Notes under the pieces: generated by a model
Databases searched by the model: none
What the model saw: the letters and a program-made list of their open reading frames with translations, nothing else
Told to the model about the DNA's origin: nothing
In this document: one piece after another, positions 27,601-37,838 of the stretch
How positions within the stretch are numbered: the stretch's first letter is position 1
Layout: each line of letters opens with the position of its first letter
Program-made: the position numbers and the translations under genes
Source of the DNA: Alphaproteobacteria bacterium
GTDB lineage: Bacteria > Pseudomonadota > Alphaproteobacteria > CALKHQ01
DNA length: 64,000 nucleotides
Direction of reading: 5' to 3'
NCBI GenBank assembly: GCA_965227515.1
Contig: CBDDFZ010000002.1
Span: 96,001 to 160,000, forward strand

Positions 27601-27771
27601 TTCCCTGTTTGTTTGCCTAGGGAAATTGTGGCTAAGTCACTGAAAACACGGGATGAATGGTCGTTGGAATCCCGAGATTCGGGCAGGAATCAATCGAGAT
27701 TTCTGTATATTCCCTGTTATCAGGGACTAACAGGGTAGAGACGAGTTCGCAGAAGACTGCAACCACCACCA
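27601..27771. other. Probable island boundary (CCCTG/CAGGG repeats plus tRNA-3'-like tail)
   Basis: TTCCCTGT at 27601 and 27710, CAGGG at 27721 and 27731, then GAGACGAGTTCGCAGAAGACTGCAACCACCACCA; host-like high-GC genes resume just after. Confidence 0.5.
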
Positions 27772-28008
27772 CCCAGTCTCGCCCTTGATAACCCGCGTTG
27801 CCGCACTTGCGACAAGTGGCAGAACTACGGGCTTCTTGACGCCGTGTTTGGTCTGGGACGTGCGGAACGCGTCTCTGCTTGCGCGATCTATGGCGCGGTT
27901 TCCAGGACGCGAGGGGGCCAGTCCGTGTTCGCCCTTGGCGGCAGCGGTACCGCCTTCGGGGCCGGCCCGGGCATGACGTGGGTGGTTGGCACCTAACTCG
28001 GGCGAACG

Positions 28009-28827
28009 TCAGGCCGACGCGCCGTCGCTAGCGTCTGCCCCTTGCCCGCGCGCCAGCGCCTGGTCGGCGCTGAGGGCGGCCTCCGGCGTGCCGGTGACGA
28101 TCATCTCCAGCACCTCGTGCTCGGTAGTGTTGGCGATGTAGCGGTCGCCGACATTCTCGCCACGCTTCAGCACCATCACCCGGTCGCCGACCTCGAAGAT
28201 ATCGGTCAGGCGGTGCGAGATGATGATCTGCGCCACCCCCTGCTTCTTAAGCTCGACCATGGTCTCCAGCAGGCGCTGGGTCGCCATCACCGACAAATTG
28301 GCGGTCGGCTCGTCCAGGATGATCACCTTCGGCTCGAACGAGATCGCGCGGCTGATCGCGACCGACTGCTGGCGGCCGCCGGACAGGCTTTCCACTTTCT
28401 GGTAGACCGAGTTGACGTCGACCTTGAGGCGCTGCAGCACCGCGCTCGCCTCGCGGTACATCTTCTTGCGGTCGACGAACGGGCCCTTGCGCGGCCAGCG
28501 CCCGAGGAAGATGTTCTGGCCGACGTCCAGGTTCCCGCACAGCGCGAAGTCCTGGTAGATCATCTCGATGCCGAGTTCGCGGCTCTCGTGCGGCCCATGG
28601 AAGTGGGTCTTGCGGCCGTCGACGATGACGTCGCCGCTGTCGCGGTGATAGGCGCCGGTCAGGATCTTCATCAGGGTCGACTTGCCGGCCGAGTTGTCAC
28701 CGACCAGCCCGAGCACTTCGCCCGGCATCAGGTGCAGGTCGACATTGACCAGCGCATTCACCGCGCCGAACGATTTGCTGATCTGCTTCATGTCGATGAT
28801 CGGTGTCGCGGATGGGGCGTCGTTCAT
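28009..28827 (-). CDS. Sugar ABC transporter ATP-binding protein (single domain)
   Basis: GDNSAGKST, LSGGRQQ, ILDEPT, ISH. Confidence 0.93.
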   Translation of the reverse strand: MNDAPSATPIIDMKQISKSFGAVNALVNVDLHLMPGEVLGLVGDNSAGKSTLMKILTGAYHRDSGDVIVDGRKTHFHGPHESRELGIEMIYQDFALCGNLDVGQNIFLGRWPRKGPFVDRKKMYREASAVLQRLKVDVNSVYQKVESLSGGRQQSVAISRAISFEPKVIILDEPTANLSVMATQRLLETMVELKKQGVAQIIISHRLTDIFEVGDRVMVLKRGENVGDRYIANTTEHEVLEMIVTGTPEAALSADQALARGQGADASDGASA

Positions 28828-31112
28828 GAGGTTGTGCTCCGAACCGGCGTTCGTTTTCGTCCAGTGAGGCGTGTCCACAGGGTGCCGAACATGTTGGCCT
28901 GGCGCACCCAGATATCGACCAGCACGGCGACGATCAGGATGCCACCGATGAAGGTGTTGACCCAGTGCTGCGGCAGCGCGACGGCCTCACCGCTCTCGGT
29001 CACGATGTTGAGTTGCAGCAGCGCGCGGATCAGGGTGATGACCGCAGCACCCGCCAGCGCGCCGATGATGGTGCCGAACCCGCCGAAGATGGACCCGCCG
29101 CCGATGATGACCGCGGCGATCGCGTCCAGTTCTCGGAACTGGCCCGCGACGGGATTGAAGCTGCGGAAATAGGCGACGTTGATGACGCCGGCGACAGCCG
29201 CTCCAAGTGAACAGAGCAAGAGCGCGCTGGCCCGCACGCGCTTGGTGTTGATGCCGGCATAGTCGGCGGCGCGGCGGTTGCCGCCGGTGGCGTAGATGCG
29301 CTGGCCGTAGGTGGTGTAGGCAAGCGCAACCCCGGCCAGGATTGCCAGCACCAGCATCAGAATGGTCTGCACGCTGATGACGTCGGCGATCTCGCCGATC
29401 ACGCCGCCGGGCGGGGCAATATCCAGGTAGGCCAGAATGTCACCGACCTTGCGGCCGATCAGGTTGAACGGCTCGTCCCATCCCGTGAGCTGCTGGCCGG
29501 TGGTGATCCACGAGGCCGCACCGCGCGCGATGTAGAACATGCCGAGGGTTGCGATGAACGCCGGCAGGCCGAACGCAACCGTAACGACGGCGTTGACCAT
29601 GCCGGCGGCCAGCCCGGCGAGTAGCCCGATCAGGATCGCCGAGCCCGGGTCGAGGCCCAGCACCTTCAGGCTGTAGGCGGCCGCACTTCCCGCCAGCGCC
29701 AGCACCGCGCCAACCGACAGGTCGATGTCGCCGCAGGCAATGACGTAGGTCAGCCCCAGGGTCAGGATCGCCAGCTCGGTGTAGTTGAGCATGATCGCGA
29801 ACGTGTTCGGCAGGCCGGCCCAGTAGTCGGGCCGCAGGTAGAGCCCGACCAGCCACAACAGACCGACCAGGATGATCGCCAGCGCGTCGCGCCGGACCAG
29901 GAAGCGCATGATGCCGCGCGCGCCGACCGCGCGGTCGGTCGTCGAAGAACCGCGGGTCTGCGCGCCGACCGAGGCGATGCCGCCAATCTCCGGCACCCTG
30001 GGCGGCGGCTTGCCGCGCAGGCGCGCCCAGGTGCGCTGGATCAGCTTGCGGCGAATGACATAGGGCTCGATCAACACGGCGAGCACCAGCAGCGCACCGA
30101 TGAAGGCGGGAATGGCGCCGGCTGGCAGGGTAGAGGTGGCCCGCACCTCGACCAGTTCGCCGTTGACTTCGACCGTGCGGGTGATCGGCACGCCTTCGCG
30201 CAAGACCTTGTGCAAGAGGGCGGTCAGCATCGCGCCCAGATAGCTGCCGATGACGCGCCCACGGCCGCCGAGGATCGACGCGCCGCCGATGATGACCGAT
30301 GCGATCACGATCAGCTCGGTCAACAAGCCGGCCTGGGAAGTGATGCCCTTGTCCTGGGCCACCGTCATCAGCCCAGCGAGCGTCGCGCACAGAGATGAGA
30401 TGATATAGGCGCGGATGCGCACCCAATTGGTGGGGATGCCGGCATAGACCGCGGCCTGGGCGTTGCCACCGGTGGCGAACGTCTCATAGCCCCAGCGCGT
30501 CTTGGCCAGCACAAGCGCGCCGAACACCACCACCAGGACCGCGATGGCGATCTGGTTGTTGAAGCCCCAGCCATTGGTTTCGCCGAGGCCGAAGAACCAC
30601 TCCTCGCCCTCCACGGCGGTGCGGTAGTAGATCGAACGCCCGCCCGTCAGCCCCAGGATGACGCCGCGGCCGATAAGCAGCATGGTCAGCGTGGCAATGA
30701 ATGCCGGCACGCGCAGATAGGTGACCAGAAGGCCGTTGACCACGCCGATCAGGGTGCCGAGCCCGACGCAAATGACGATCGCCGCCCCGATGCCGAGGTC
30801 GAGGCGGTCCGGGCTGAAACAGATGGAAAAGACCACGCCGATCACGCCCAGGGTGGACCCGATGGACAGGTCCAGGTCCTTGTTGGCGATGACGAATGTC
30901 ATGCCGACGGCCATGATCCCGAAACGCGCGGAGTCCCGCAGAAGGGCGTGCAGTGCCTCGGACGTCCCGAAGAAATCGGGGTTCAGCAGCGTACCGCCCA
31001 GGTACAGAACCGCCATCAGCGCAAGCAGCCCCACCTCCCATCCGCCGATGAGTTGCAGGGGCGCGCGCGGGAGCGATGTCGGCGCGGACGGTGAGGGCGT
31101 TGTAACGGTCAT
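28824..31112 (-). CDS. Fused double RbsC-type ABC permease
   Basis: 762 aa with two BPD_transp_2 repeats (DLS.G, PAFIATL, GGN..AA.YAGI, IIGG.SI.GG each twice). Confidence 0.92.
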   Translation of the reverse strand: MTVTTPSPSAPTSLPRAPLQLIGGWEVGLLALMAVLYLGGTLLNPDFFGTSEALHALLRDSARFGIMAVGMTFVIANKDLDLSIGSTLGVIGVVFSICFSPDRLDLGIGAAIVICVGLGTLIGVVNGLLVTYLRVPAFIATLTMLLIGRGVILGLTGGRSIYYRTAVEGEEWFFGLGETNGWGFNNQIAIAVLVVVFGALVLAKTRWGYETFATGGNAQAAVYAGIPTNWVRIRAYIISSLCATLAGLMTVAQDKGITSQAGLLTELIVIASVIIGGASILGGRGRVIGSYLGAMLTALLHKVLREGVPITRTVEVNGELVEVRATSTLPAGAIPAFIGALLVLAVLIEPYVIRRKLIQRTWARLRGKPPPRVPEIGGIASVGAQTRGSSTTDRAVGARGIMRFLVRRDALAIILVGLLWLVGLYLRPDYWAGLPNTFAIMLNYTELAILTLGLTYVIACGDIDLSVGAVLALAGSAAAYSLKVLGLDPGSAILIGLLAGLAAGMVNAVVTVAFGLPAFIATLGMFYIARGAASWITTGQQLTGWDEPFNLIGRKVGDILAYLDIAPPGGVIGEIADVISVQTILMLVLAILAGVALAYTTYGQRIYATGGNRRAADYAGINTKRVRASALLLCSLGAAVAGVINVAYFRSFNPVAGQFRELDAIAAVIIGGGSIFGGFGTIIGALAGAAVITLIRALLQLNIVTESGEAVALPQHWVNTFIGGILIVAVLVDIWVRQANMFGTLWTRLTGRKRTPVRSTTS

Positions 31113-31215
31113 TGGGATGCCGCGCGGTCAGTCAATTGGTCTCGGCAAACAAACAGGCTTGCGGCGGCCGATGCCACCGCAAGCCCAAGTTGAGATCAGT
31201 CGTACGCGAATGCCG

Positions 31216-32301
31216 TCAGTTCTCGAACCGGCTGCCGACTGTGCCGACCGTCTCGCCGGTCACCAGCTGGGCGCGGGTGTCCAGGTTGGCGGCGGAAATG
31301 CCACGGTCGATTTGCAGGTAGAGCTGCATCACCGGCCAGAAGCCCTGCAAGAACGGCTGCTGACCCAGCGCGCCGGTCAGGTCGCCGGAAGCAAGCGCTT
31401 CCTGCTGGGCCGGGCCAAGGTCGAAGCCGTAGGCGCAGATCTCTCCGGTCATGCCGGTCTGTGCCACCGCACTCGCCAGCGCCGGGGTGAAGACGTTGTT
31501 GCCGGCAAATGCGCCGACCACATTGCCACGGGATTCCATCAGCGAGATGATTGAGTTCACCGGATCGTTCATGTCGGCGGACACGCCCACGTTCTCAGGA
31601 CCCGCGTCGACCTCGAAATTGCCCAGCATGCCATTGGCCTGCAGCGACCCGACAATGGCGTTGAAGGCCGAGGTCACACGGTTGTTGACCTCGATATTCC
31701 CCATCGCGGTGTCGTTGGGCAGGATGATCGAACCGCTATCCACGCCCCGGTCGATCAGACACTGGACCAGCGCCTCGCCGGCGATCGCGGCGGCGGAGGC
31801 ATCCTGGCCGGTGTGGCTGATACCGTTGCGGTCGAAGATCTGCGGGTCGAACGAGTTGGTCGTCGCGACCGGGATGCCGTTGTCGTAGGCGGTGCGGACG
31901 ATGTCGTCATAGGCGCCGACCTGCGGCGTCGTCATGATGATGCCGTCGATGGTTGGGTCGTTGATGATCTGGTTCAGGATCTCGATCTCGCGCGCCGGAT
32001 CGTCGGTCGGCGATTCCGAGCCGAGCAGCAGGATGTTCGCGCCGATCATGTTGCCGGCCACGGTCGCCCCCACATAGACCGGGTCGAAGAAGCCGTTACC
32101 GGCGGTGTGGGTGACGATGGCGAAGGTCAGCACGCCGTCGTTGGAGTGAAAGTTCTTGGTGTCCGGGTGCTCCTGTGCCGCGTCCTCGAAGCTGTAGCCG
32201 CCGACGGCGGAGTCCACACTGCCCGACTGTGCCCATGCCGCCGTCGCCGTTGCCGCGACGATGATCCCGGCCAACGCACCGATGTTCCAATGGTTTCGCA
32301 A
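31216..32301 (-). CDS. RbsB-like sugar-binding protein
   Basis: Signal peptide after TTG 32301 (GGGAGGA RBS); GFD, QQPFLQGF. Confidence 0.9.
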   Translation of the reverse strand: MRNHWNIGALAGIIVAATATAAWAQSGSVDSAVGGYSFEDAAQEHPDTKNFHSNDGVLTFAIVTHTAGNGFFDPVYVGATVAGNMIGANILLLGSESPTDDPAREIEILNQIINDPTIDGIIMTTPQVGAYDDIVRTAYDNGIPVATTNSFDPQIFDRNGISHTGQDASAAAIAGEALVQCLIDRGVDSGSIILPNDTAMGNIEVNNRVTSAFNAIVGSLQANGMLGNFEVDAGPENVGVSADMNDPVNSIISLMESRGNVVGAFAGNNVFTPALASAVAQTGMTGEICAYGFDLGPAQQEALASGDLTGALGQQPFLQGFWPVMQLYLQIDRGISAANLDTRAQLVTGETVGTVGSRFEN

Positions 32302-32665
32302 CGTATCCTCCCTTTGCTTGATTGCTGTTGTTTGGTTGCTGCGGGCTTTTGTACCCATTCTTCTGGTATTAAGGCCAGACTATGCGGGATTGGGAAAACC
32401 TTTGCAACGGTCGGAATTGCCAGGAATTCATGATTCGCCATGCTGTTCGAAGAATCGCCGGCAGGGCGATGCCTTATGGCCGGCCCGCGCGCGGACCACC
32501 CGTCGCTGGCGGGCTAGTCCAATGATTTCGAACGATTCCAAGCCATGAGAGGTGCGTGGCCCGGCGCCCGCGCGATGTCAGGCTGGCAATACGCCGACAT
32601 TGCGCCGCGACGTGGTGTCCGGATTGCACCGGGCACTGGCGCCAGCACAAGGCCGTAACAATAAT

Positions 32666-32682
32666 TATCCGATCAGTCGGTA
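32666..32682. promoter_or_regulatory. Candidate operator shared with the GH51 promoter
   Basis: TATCCGATCAGTCGGTA, 14/17 identical to TATCGGATTTGTCGGTA at 37793-37809. Confidence 0.5.
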
Positions 32683-32846
32683 CGCATCCTTGCTCTTGAT
32701 CTAATTTCCATTGGCAAGCTATGGTTTTGGGTACGTCGGGCGGTCGCGGGAGCGGTGTTCCGTGCCCGTCCGGGTGAGACGCCGGCAACCAAGAATAGTG
32801 GGCCAAAAGGCCACAACCGGTCGGGCACGAAAACGGGAGGATTACG

Positions 32847-34124
32847 TTGGCACACTTCAACCGCATTATTGCCGTGGCCGCGGGCGGCCTGGTGGCGACG
32901 ACGATGGCTGCCGAGGCGCAGCAGACCGTAGTCTGGTGGGACTTTCTGGCCGGCGGCGACGGCGTGCGTATGCGCACGCTGATCGACGAGTTCAATGCCG
33001 AGCACGACGGCGAGATCCTGATCGAGCCGACGACGCTGGAATGGGGCGTGCCCTACTACTCGAAAGTCCAGACGTCCACCGCGGTCGGCGAGGGGCCGGA
33101 CATGATGACGTACCACACGTCGCGCATTCCGCTCGCGGTGGACAACGACATCCTGGATCCGATCACCGCCGACGACATGGCCGCCATGGGCCTGGGCCAG
33201 TCCGATTTCGCATCGGCCCTGTGGGACGCCGTGCAGCTTGATGGGCAGCAATATGCGGTGCCGTTCGATACCCATCCGATCGTGCTCTACTACAACAAGG
33301 AGAAGTTGGCCGAAGCTGGTCTGCTGGGCGACGATGGCCTGCCCACCGGCCTGGACGGCATCGACAACTTCAATGCCGCCCTGCAGGCCCTGCAGGACGG
33401 CGGCACCACCTGGGGCATGTCGACCTTCACCGCCGGCGGCAACTTCCAGTTCCGAACCATCTATTCCCTGCTGTGCCAGCAGGACGGTGAGATGCTGACC
33501 GACGGCGAATGGCTGGCCGGCGACAATTACGACAAGCTGGTCAATGCCCTGCGCGTCGTGTCCGACTGGGTCGGCGATGGGCACGTGCCGGAATATACCG
33601 AATATCCGGCCGCGATTGCGCTGTTCACCTCTGGCGAATCCGCCATGCACATCAACGGTGTGTGGGAAGTGCCGACCATGGTCGACCTGCAGGAGAAGGG
33701 TGAGCTGTTCGAATGGGGCGCGGTCGAGCTGCCGGTGTTCTTCGACCACCCGTGCACCTATGCCGACTCCCACGCGTTCGCCATTCCCAACAACCAGGGC
33801 AACGAAATCTCCGCCGAGAAGCGCGCCGCGGTGCTGACCGTGATCGCGTGGATGCTGGAGCACGGCCTGTTCTGGGCCACCGCCGGCCACATCCCGGCGC
33901 TGAACGCCGTGACCTCGTCGGATGACTACCAGGCGATGGAGCCGAACGCGACCTATGCCGTGCTGTCGGCGAACATGATCTTCGACCCCAAGTCGATTTT
34001 TGCCGGCGTGGCCGGGCCAATGTTCGAAGCGGCGGGCAACAGCTTCACCGCCAGCGTCAATGGCGAGATGGATGCCGAAGAAGCGGTCGCGCTGATGAAG
34101 GACGAGCTGGAATTCATGCAGTAG
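32847..34124 (+). CDS. Carbohydrate ABC (CUT1) substrate-binding protein
   Basis: TTG start with GGGAGG; signal peptide; PD, YAVP.D, LYYNK, NG.W. Confidence 0.92.
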   Translation: MAHFNRIIAVAAGGLVATTMAAEAQQTVVWWDFLAGGDGVRMRTLIDEFNAEHDGEILIEPTTLEWGVPYYSKVQTSTAVGEGPDMMTYHTSRIPLAVDNDILDPITADDMAAMGLGQSDFASALWDAVQLDGQQYAVPFDTHPIVLYYNKEKLAEAGLLGDDGLPTGLDGIDNFNAALQALQDGGTTWGMSTFTAGGNFQFRTIYSLLCQQDGEMLTDGEWLAGDNYDKLVNALRVVSDWVGDGHVPEYTEYPAAIALFTSGESAMHINGVWEVPTMVDLQEKGELFEWGAVELPVFFDHPCTYADSHAFAIPNNQGNEISAEKRAAVLTVIAWMLEHGLFWATAGHIPALNAVTSSDDYQAMEPNATYAVLSANMIFDPKSIFAGVAGPMFEAAGNSFTASVNGEMDAEEAVALMKDELEFMQ

Positions 34125-34204
34125 CGGGCAGGTGAACCGATGCGGGCCGGGGTCGATGTTGGACGCCGGCCCATTGTGCATGCCACGGGCGGCAGATCCT
34201 CAGC

Positions 34205-35083
34205 ATGACAGGTAGCCGACGCAGCGAAGGGCTCGTCGCGCTGGTGCTGGTGGCACCATTCGTCATCATCTACGGGTGGATGTTCATCTATCCGACCGTG
34301 CAGATGGTCGGGCTCAGTTTCACCGACGCCAAGCTCATCGGCGGCGGCGAGTGGAACGACTTCTGGAATTACGACCGCCTGTTCAACGACCGCACGTTCG
34401 GCGTTGCGGTCTGGAACACGCTCTATTTCGTGCTGCTGACGGTGATCCCCGGCACCCTGACGGCGCTCGGCATCGCGCTGATGGTCAGCCGTCTGAAGGG
34501 CTGGATGCAAAGCGGCATCCTGGCCGCGTTCTTCCTGCCGTTCATCCTTCCGGTCTCGGTCGTCTATCGGATCTGGGAATGGGTGTTCAACCTGCAGTTC
34601 GGCATCGGGCAATACGTCATCGAGCCGATCGTCGGCGAGCCGGTCGCGGTTTGGCGGCGGTACGAATGGTTCATGCCCATGGCCGGCCTCGTCACCATCT
34701 GGTGGACGTGCGGCTTCAGCGTCTTGTTGTTCCTGGCCGGTCTGCGCAACATTCCGCAGGAGATGTACGAGGCCGCGTCGCTGGACGGCGCCAACCGCTG
34801 GCTCAAGTTCCTGCGCATCACCTGGCCCTTGATCTGGCCGGTGACCGTGCTGGTGCTGACCATCCAGCTCATCCTCCAGCTCAAGATCTTCGACCAGATC
34901 TATCTGTTCGCACAGGGCGGGCGCACCAACTCCACGATGGTCCTGGTGCAGTACATCTACGAGCAGGCATTCGTGCACAACCGCGGCGGCTACGCGGCCA
35001 CCGTGGCCCTGGCGCTGTTCGTGCTGATCGTTGTCGTCTCCGTGCTGCAGTTCCAAGCCTTGCGCGTACGGGGCGCGCGATGA
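34205..35083 (+). CDS. Carbohydrate ABC permease
   Basis: YEAASLDGA EAA loop, ITWP. Confidence 0.93.
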   Translation: MTGSRRSEGLVALVLVAPFVIIYGWMFIYPTVQMVGLSFTDAKLIGGGEWNDFWNYDRLFNDRTFGVAVWNTLYFVLLTVIPGTLTALGIALMVSRLKGWMQSGILAAFFLPFILPVSVVYRIWEWVFNLQFGIGQYVIEPIVGEPVAVWRRYEWFMPMAGLVTIWWTCGFSVLLFLAGLRNIPQEMYEAASLDGANRWLKFLRITWPLIWPVTVLVLTIQLILQLKIFDQIYLFAQGGRTNSTMVLVQYIYEQAFVHNRGGYAATVALALFVLIVVVSVLQFQALRVRGAR

Positions 35084-35967
35084 GCGCGTCCGCAGCAGGG
35101 ACACGGACTTCGGCCATGACGGAGGCGCAGGCCCGACGCATCCGCCGGTTCGACATCGCCGGCCTGGCGCTGACGCTGCTGACCGTTTTGTGCGCCATCA
35201 TCTGGGCCTTTCCACTGTACTGGGCGATTGTCACCACACTGAAGCCCGAACACGAGGTGACCCGTCCCTATATCGAGATGCTGCCGGAGACCTGGAGCAT
35301 CGAAGCCTATGTCCACGTTCTGACCAACACCAAGATCGGCTACTGGTACATCAACTCGCTTGCAACGTCGGCCGCGATCACGGTGGTCGTCATCCTGATG
35401 GGAATGATGGCGGGCTATGCCATCTCGCGGCTGAATTTTCCGGGCCGGCGGGTGTTGTGGTGGACGATCCTGGCCAGCTTCATGATCCCGATCCCGGCGT
35501 TGATCGTGAACCACTACATCCTGATGTCGGACGTGGGGTTCCTGAACTCCTGGCTCGGCATCATCGTGCCCCAGCTCATCGCGCCGGTGGTCGTCATTGT
35601 CTACAAGCAGTTCTTCGATTCTGTTCCGAGGGAGTTCAGCGAGGCGGCCATCATCGATGGGGCCAACCACTTCCAGCTGCTGTTTCGAATCTACGTACCG
35701 ACCAACTGGGGCGTGACCACCGCGCTGGCCGTTATCACTTTCATCGGTGGCTGGAATGCGTTCCTGTGGCCATTCCTGGCGGCAACGACCGAGGACATGA
35801 TGACGATCACCGTCGGCATTACCCAGGTGAATGATGCCTTCGGTGTCTTCTATGCGCGCGACCTCGCCGCCGCCGTCATGGCCGGGCTGCCGGTGGCGAT
35901 CATCTACCTGATTTTCCAGCGCCGGGTGACCCAGGCGATCACGCTCTCGGCGGGGATCAAGGGGTAA
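35080..35967 (+). CDS. Carbohydrate ABC permease
   Basis: EAAIIDGA, WNAFLWP, terminal GIKG; ATGA overlap. Confidence 0.93.
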   Translation: MSASAAGTRTSAMTEAQARRIRRFDIAGLALTLLTVLCAIIWAFPLYWAIVTTLKPEHEVTRPYIEMLPETWSIEAYVHVLTNTKIGYWYINSLATSAAITVVVILMGMMAGYAISRLNFPGRRVLWWTILASFMIPIPALIVNHYILMSDVGFLNSWLGIIVPQLIAPVVVIVYKQFFDSVPREFSEAAIIDGANHFQLLFRIYVPTNWGVTTALAVITFIGGWNAFLWPFLAATTEDMMTITVGITQVNDAFGVFYARDLAAAVMAGLPVAIIYLIFQRRVTQAITLSAGIKG

Positions 35968-35994
35968 GGCTCCGCTCTAAGAATTGAATATTCC

Positions 35995-36172
35995 TGTCTC
36001 CCTCGCCCTTGTGGCGAGGGCCCATTCAAATGCCATTCTCAGCGCATCCGATGTTCACTTGACGGCAGTGCCGCAACGTCTGCCGAGCGGCCGCCACATC
36101 GACCAGCAGTACCGCTTATGATTTCGGCGTATTGGACAACAATGGGTCCTCGCCACAAGGGCGAGGACGACA
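35995..36172. repeat. REP/REPIN-like palindromic element between convergent genes
   Basis: 32-bp terminal inverted repeats (35995-36026 / 36141-36172), each itself a hairpin CCTCGCC-N4-GGCGAGG; nested inner arms CGATGT/ACATCG and CGGCAG/CTGCCG. Confidence 0.75.
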
Positions 36173-36239
36173 ACGGTATTTTCGGCTTCAGGCCGTCGCC
36201 CAAATGCGTAAGGCCAGCCACGACACGGACGGAGGCATC

Positions 36240-37751
36240 TCAGCCCACCTTCACCCGCAGCAGGTGATAGGACAGCGGCGGCAGCGACGCCTTCACACGC
36301 CCGTCTTCAACGATTGCGCCGGTCCCGTCTACCGGGGCGACATTGTCCGGATCGTCCGCCGTGTTGACCGCCTCCAGGTCGTCGTGGCGGATCATCTTGT
36401 GCATGTCCACACGCGCGTCGCCGAACCCCTCAAGCGCGATGTCCAGATCAAGGCTTTCGGTGCCGTGACGGTTGACGGCAAAGAATGTCACCGTGCCGCC
36501 CGCGGCATCGCGCACCCCGGCGATGTCGATATAGGGCACGTCGCCCACATCGACCGTGTCGTACGTGGGGCAGTCGACCGCCAGCCGCAGCGCCTCGCCA
36601 CGCCCATAGATCGATGCGTATAGGTACGGGTAGTAGATCGTCTGCCGCCAGGCGCGCCCGCCCGGCTCGGTCATAATAGGCGCGATCACGTTGACGAGCT
36701 GGGCGATGCAGCCGATCTTCACCACGTCGGCGCGGCGGATGAACGTGTTCAGGATGGCGCCGACCTGCAGCACATCCTCGAAATTGTAGATGTCCTCCAG
36801 CACTGGCGGGGCATGCGGCCAGTCGACACCATGCAGGATCGCTTTGTCCTGCTCGCGGGTGTGGTACCAGACGTTCCATTCGTCGAACGAGATGTATACC
36901 TGCCGCTTGGAGCGTTTCTTCGCCTTCACATAGTCGATGATGCCGGCGACGGTGCCGATATAGGTGTCGAGCTTCTTGGCGAGCCCGAGGAAGCGCTGAT
37001 TGTCCTTCTCGTTGTTCGCGAAGTACATGTGGAGCGAGATGTAGTCGACCTCGTCATAGCTCTGGTCGAGCACCGTGGCCTCCCACTCTGGATAGGTCGG
37101 CATGTCGGAGTTCGACGAACCGCAGACCACCAGCTCCAGCGATGGGTCGAAGGCGCGGATCGCCTTTGCAGTGTTGTTGGCCAGCTTGCCGTATTCCGCC
37201 GCCGACTTGTTGCCGATCTGCCAGGGCCCGTCCATCTCGTTGCCCAGGCACCACAGCCGGCAGTTCCAGGGCTCGGTCTGCCCGTTCTTCTTGCGCAGGT
37301 CGCTCCAATAGCTGCCGCCGGGGTGATTGACGTACTCCACGAAATTGCGTGCCGCATCCAGCCCGCGCGAGCCCAGATTGACTGCCAGCATCATCTCCGT
37401 GCCGACGGTGTCGCACCAATTTGCGAACTCGTGGATGCCGACGTGGTTCGACTCCGATGTGTGCCAGGCCAGGTCCAGGCGCGTCGGCCGCTCTTCGCGC
37501 GGCCCGATGCCGTCCTCCCAATTGTAGGCTGAGACGAAGTTGCCGCCGGGATAGCGCACCATCGGGATGTTCAGTGCGCGCACCAGGTCCGCCACGTCGC
37601 CGCGCATGCCGTCGGAGTCGGCACTCGGGTGGTCGGGCTCGTAGATGCCGCTGTAGACGGCCCGGCCCAGATGCTCGAGGAAGGCCCCGTAGAGACGATC
37701 GTCGATCGCGGCGATCACATAGTCCCTGTGCGCCGTGACGCGCGCCCGCAT
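36240..37751 (-). CDS. abfA: GH51 alpha-L-arabinofuranosidase
   Basis: EHLGR, RYPGGNF, LGNEMDGPWQ, FDEWNVW, AQLVNVIAPI. Confidence 0.95.
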   Translation of the reverse strand: MRARVTAHRDYVIAAIDDRLYGAFLEHLGRAVYSGIYEPDHPSADSDGMRGDVADLVRALNIPMVRYPGGNFVSAYNWEDGIGPREERPTRLDLAWHTSESNHVGIHEFANWCDTVGTEMMLAVNLGSRGLDAARNFVEYVNHPGGSYWSDLRKKNGQTEPWNCRLWCLGNEMDGPWQIGNKSAAEYGKLANNTAKAIRAFDPSLELVVCGSSNSDMPTYPEWEATVLDQSYDEVDYISLHMYFANNEKDNQRFLGLAKKLDTYIGTVAGIIDYVKAKKRSKRQVYISFDEWNVWYHTREQDKAILHGVDWPHAPPVLEDIYNFEDVLQVGAILNTFIRRADVVKIGCIAQLVNVIAPIMTEPGGRAWRQTIYYPYLYASIYGRGEALRLAVDCPTYDTVDVGDVPYIDIAGVRDAAGGTVTFFAVNRHGTESLDLDIALEGFGDARVDMHKMIRHDDLEAVNTADDPDNVAPVDGTGAIVEDGRVKASLPPLSYHLLRVKVG

Positions 37752-37792
37752 GGGTTCCTCCATACATGTTTAATTCAACATTACCCGTTTTG

Positions 37793-37809
37793 TATCGGAT
37801 TTGTCGGTA
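37793..37809. promoter_or_regulatory. Candidate operator upstream of abfA
   Basis: TATCGGATTTGTCGGTA, similar to 32666-32682. Confidence 0.5.
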
Positions 37810-37838
37810 TGGAGGAAGGCCGATGAGCAGCGTGCGCG

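Noticed and set aside
27738-27771. Possible tRNA gene
   Set aside because: Only a GTTCG and CCA-like tail; no acceptor stem, D arm or anticodon arm can be built
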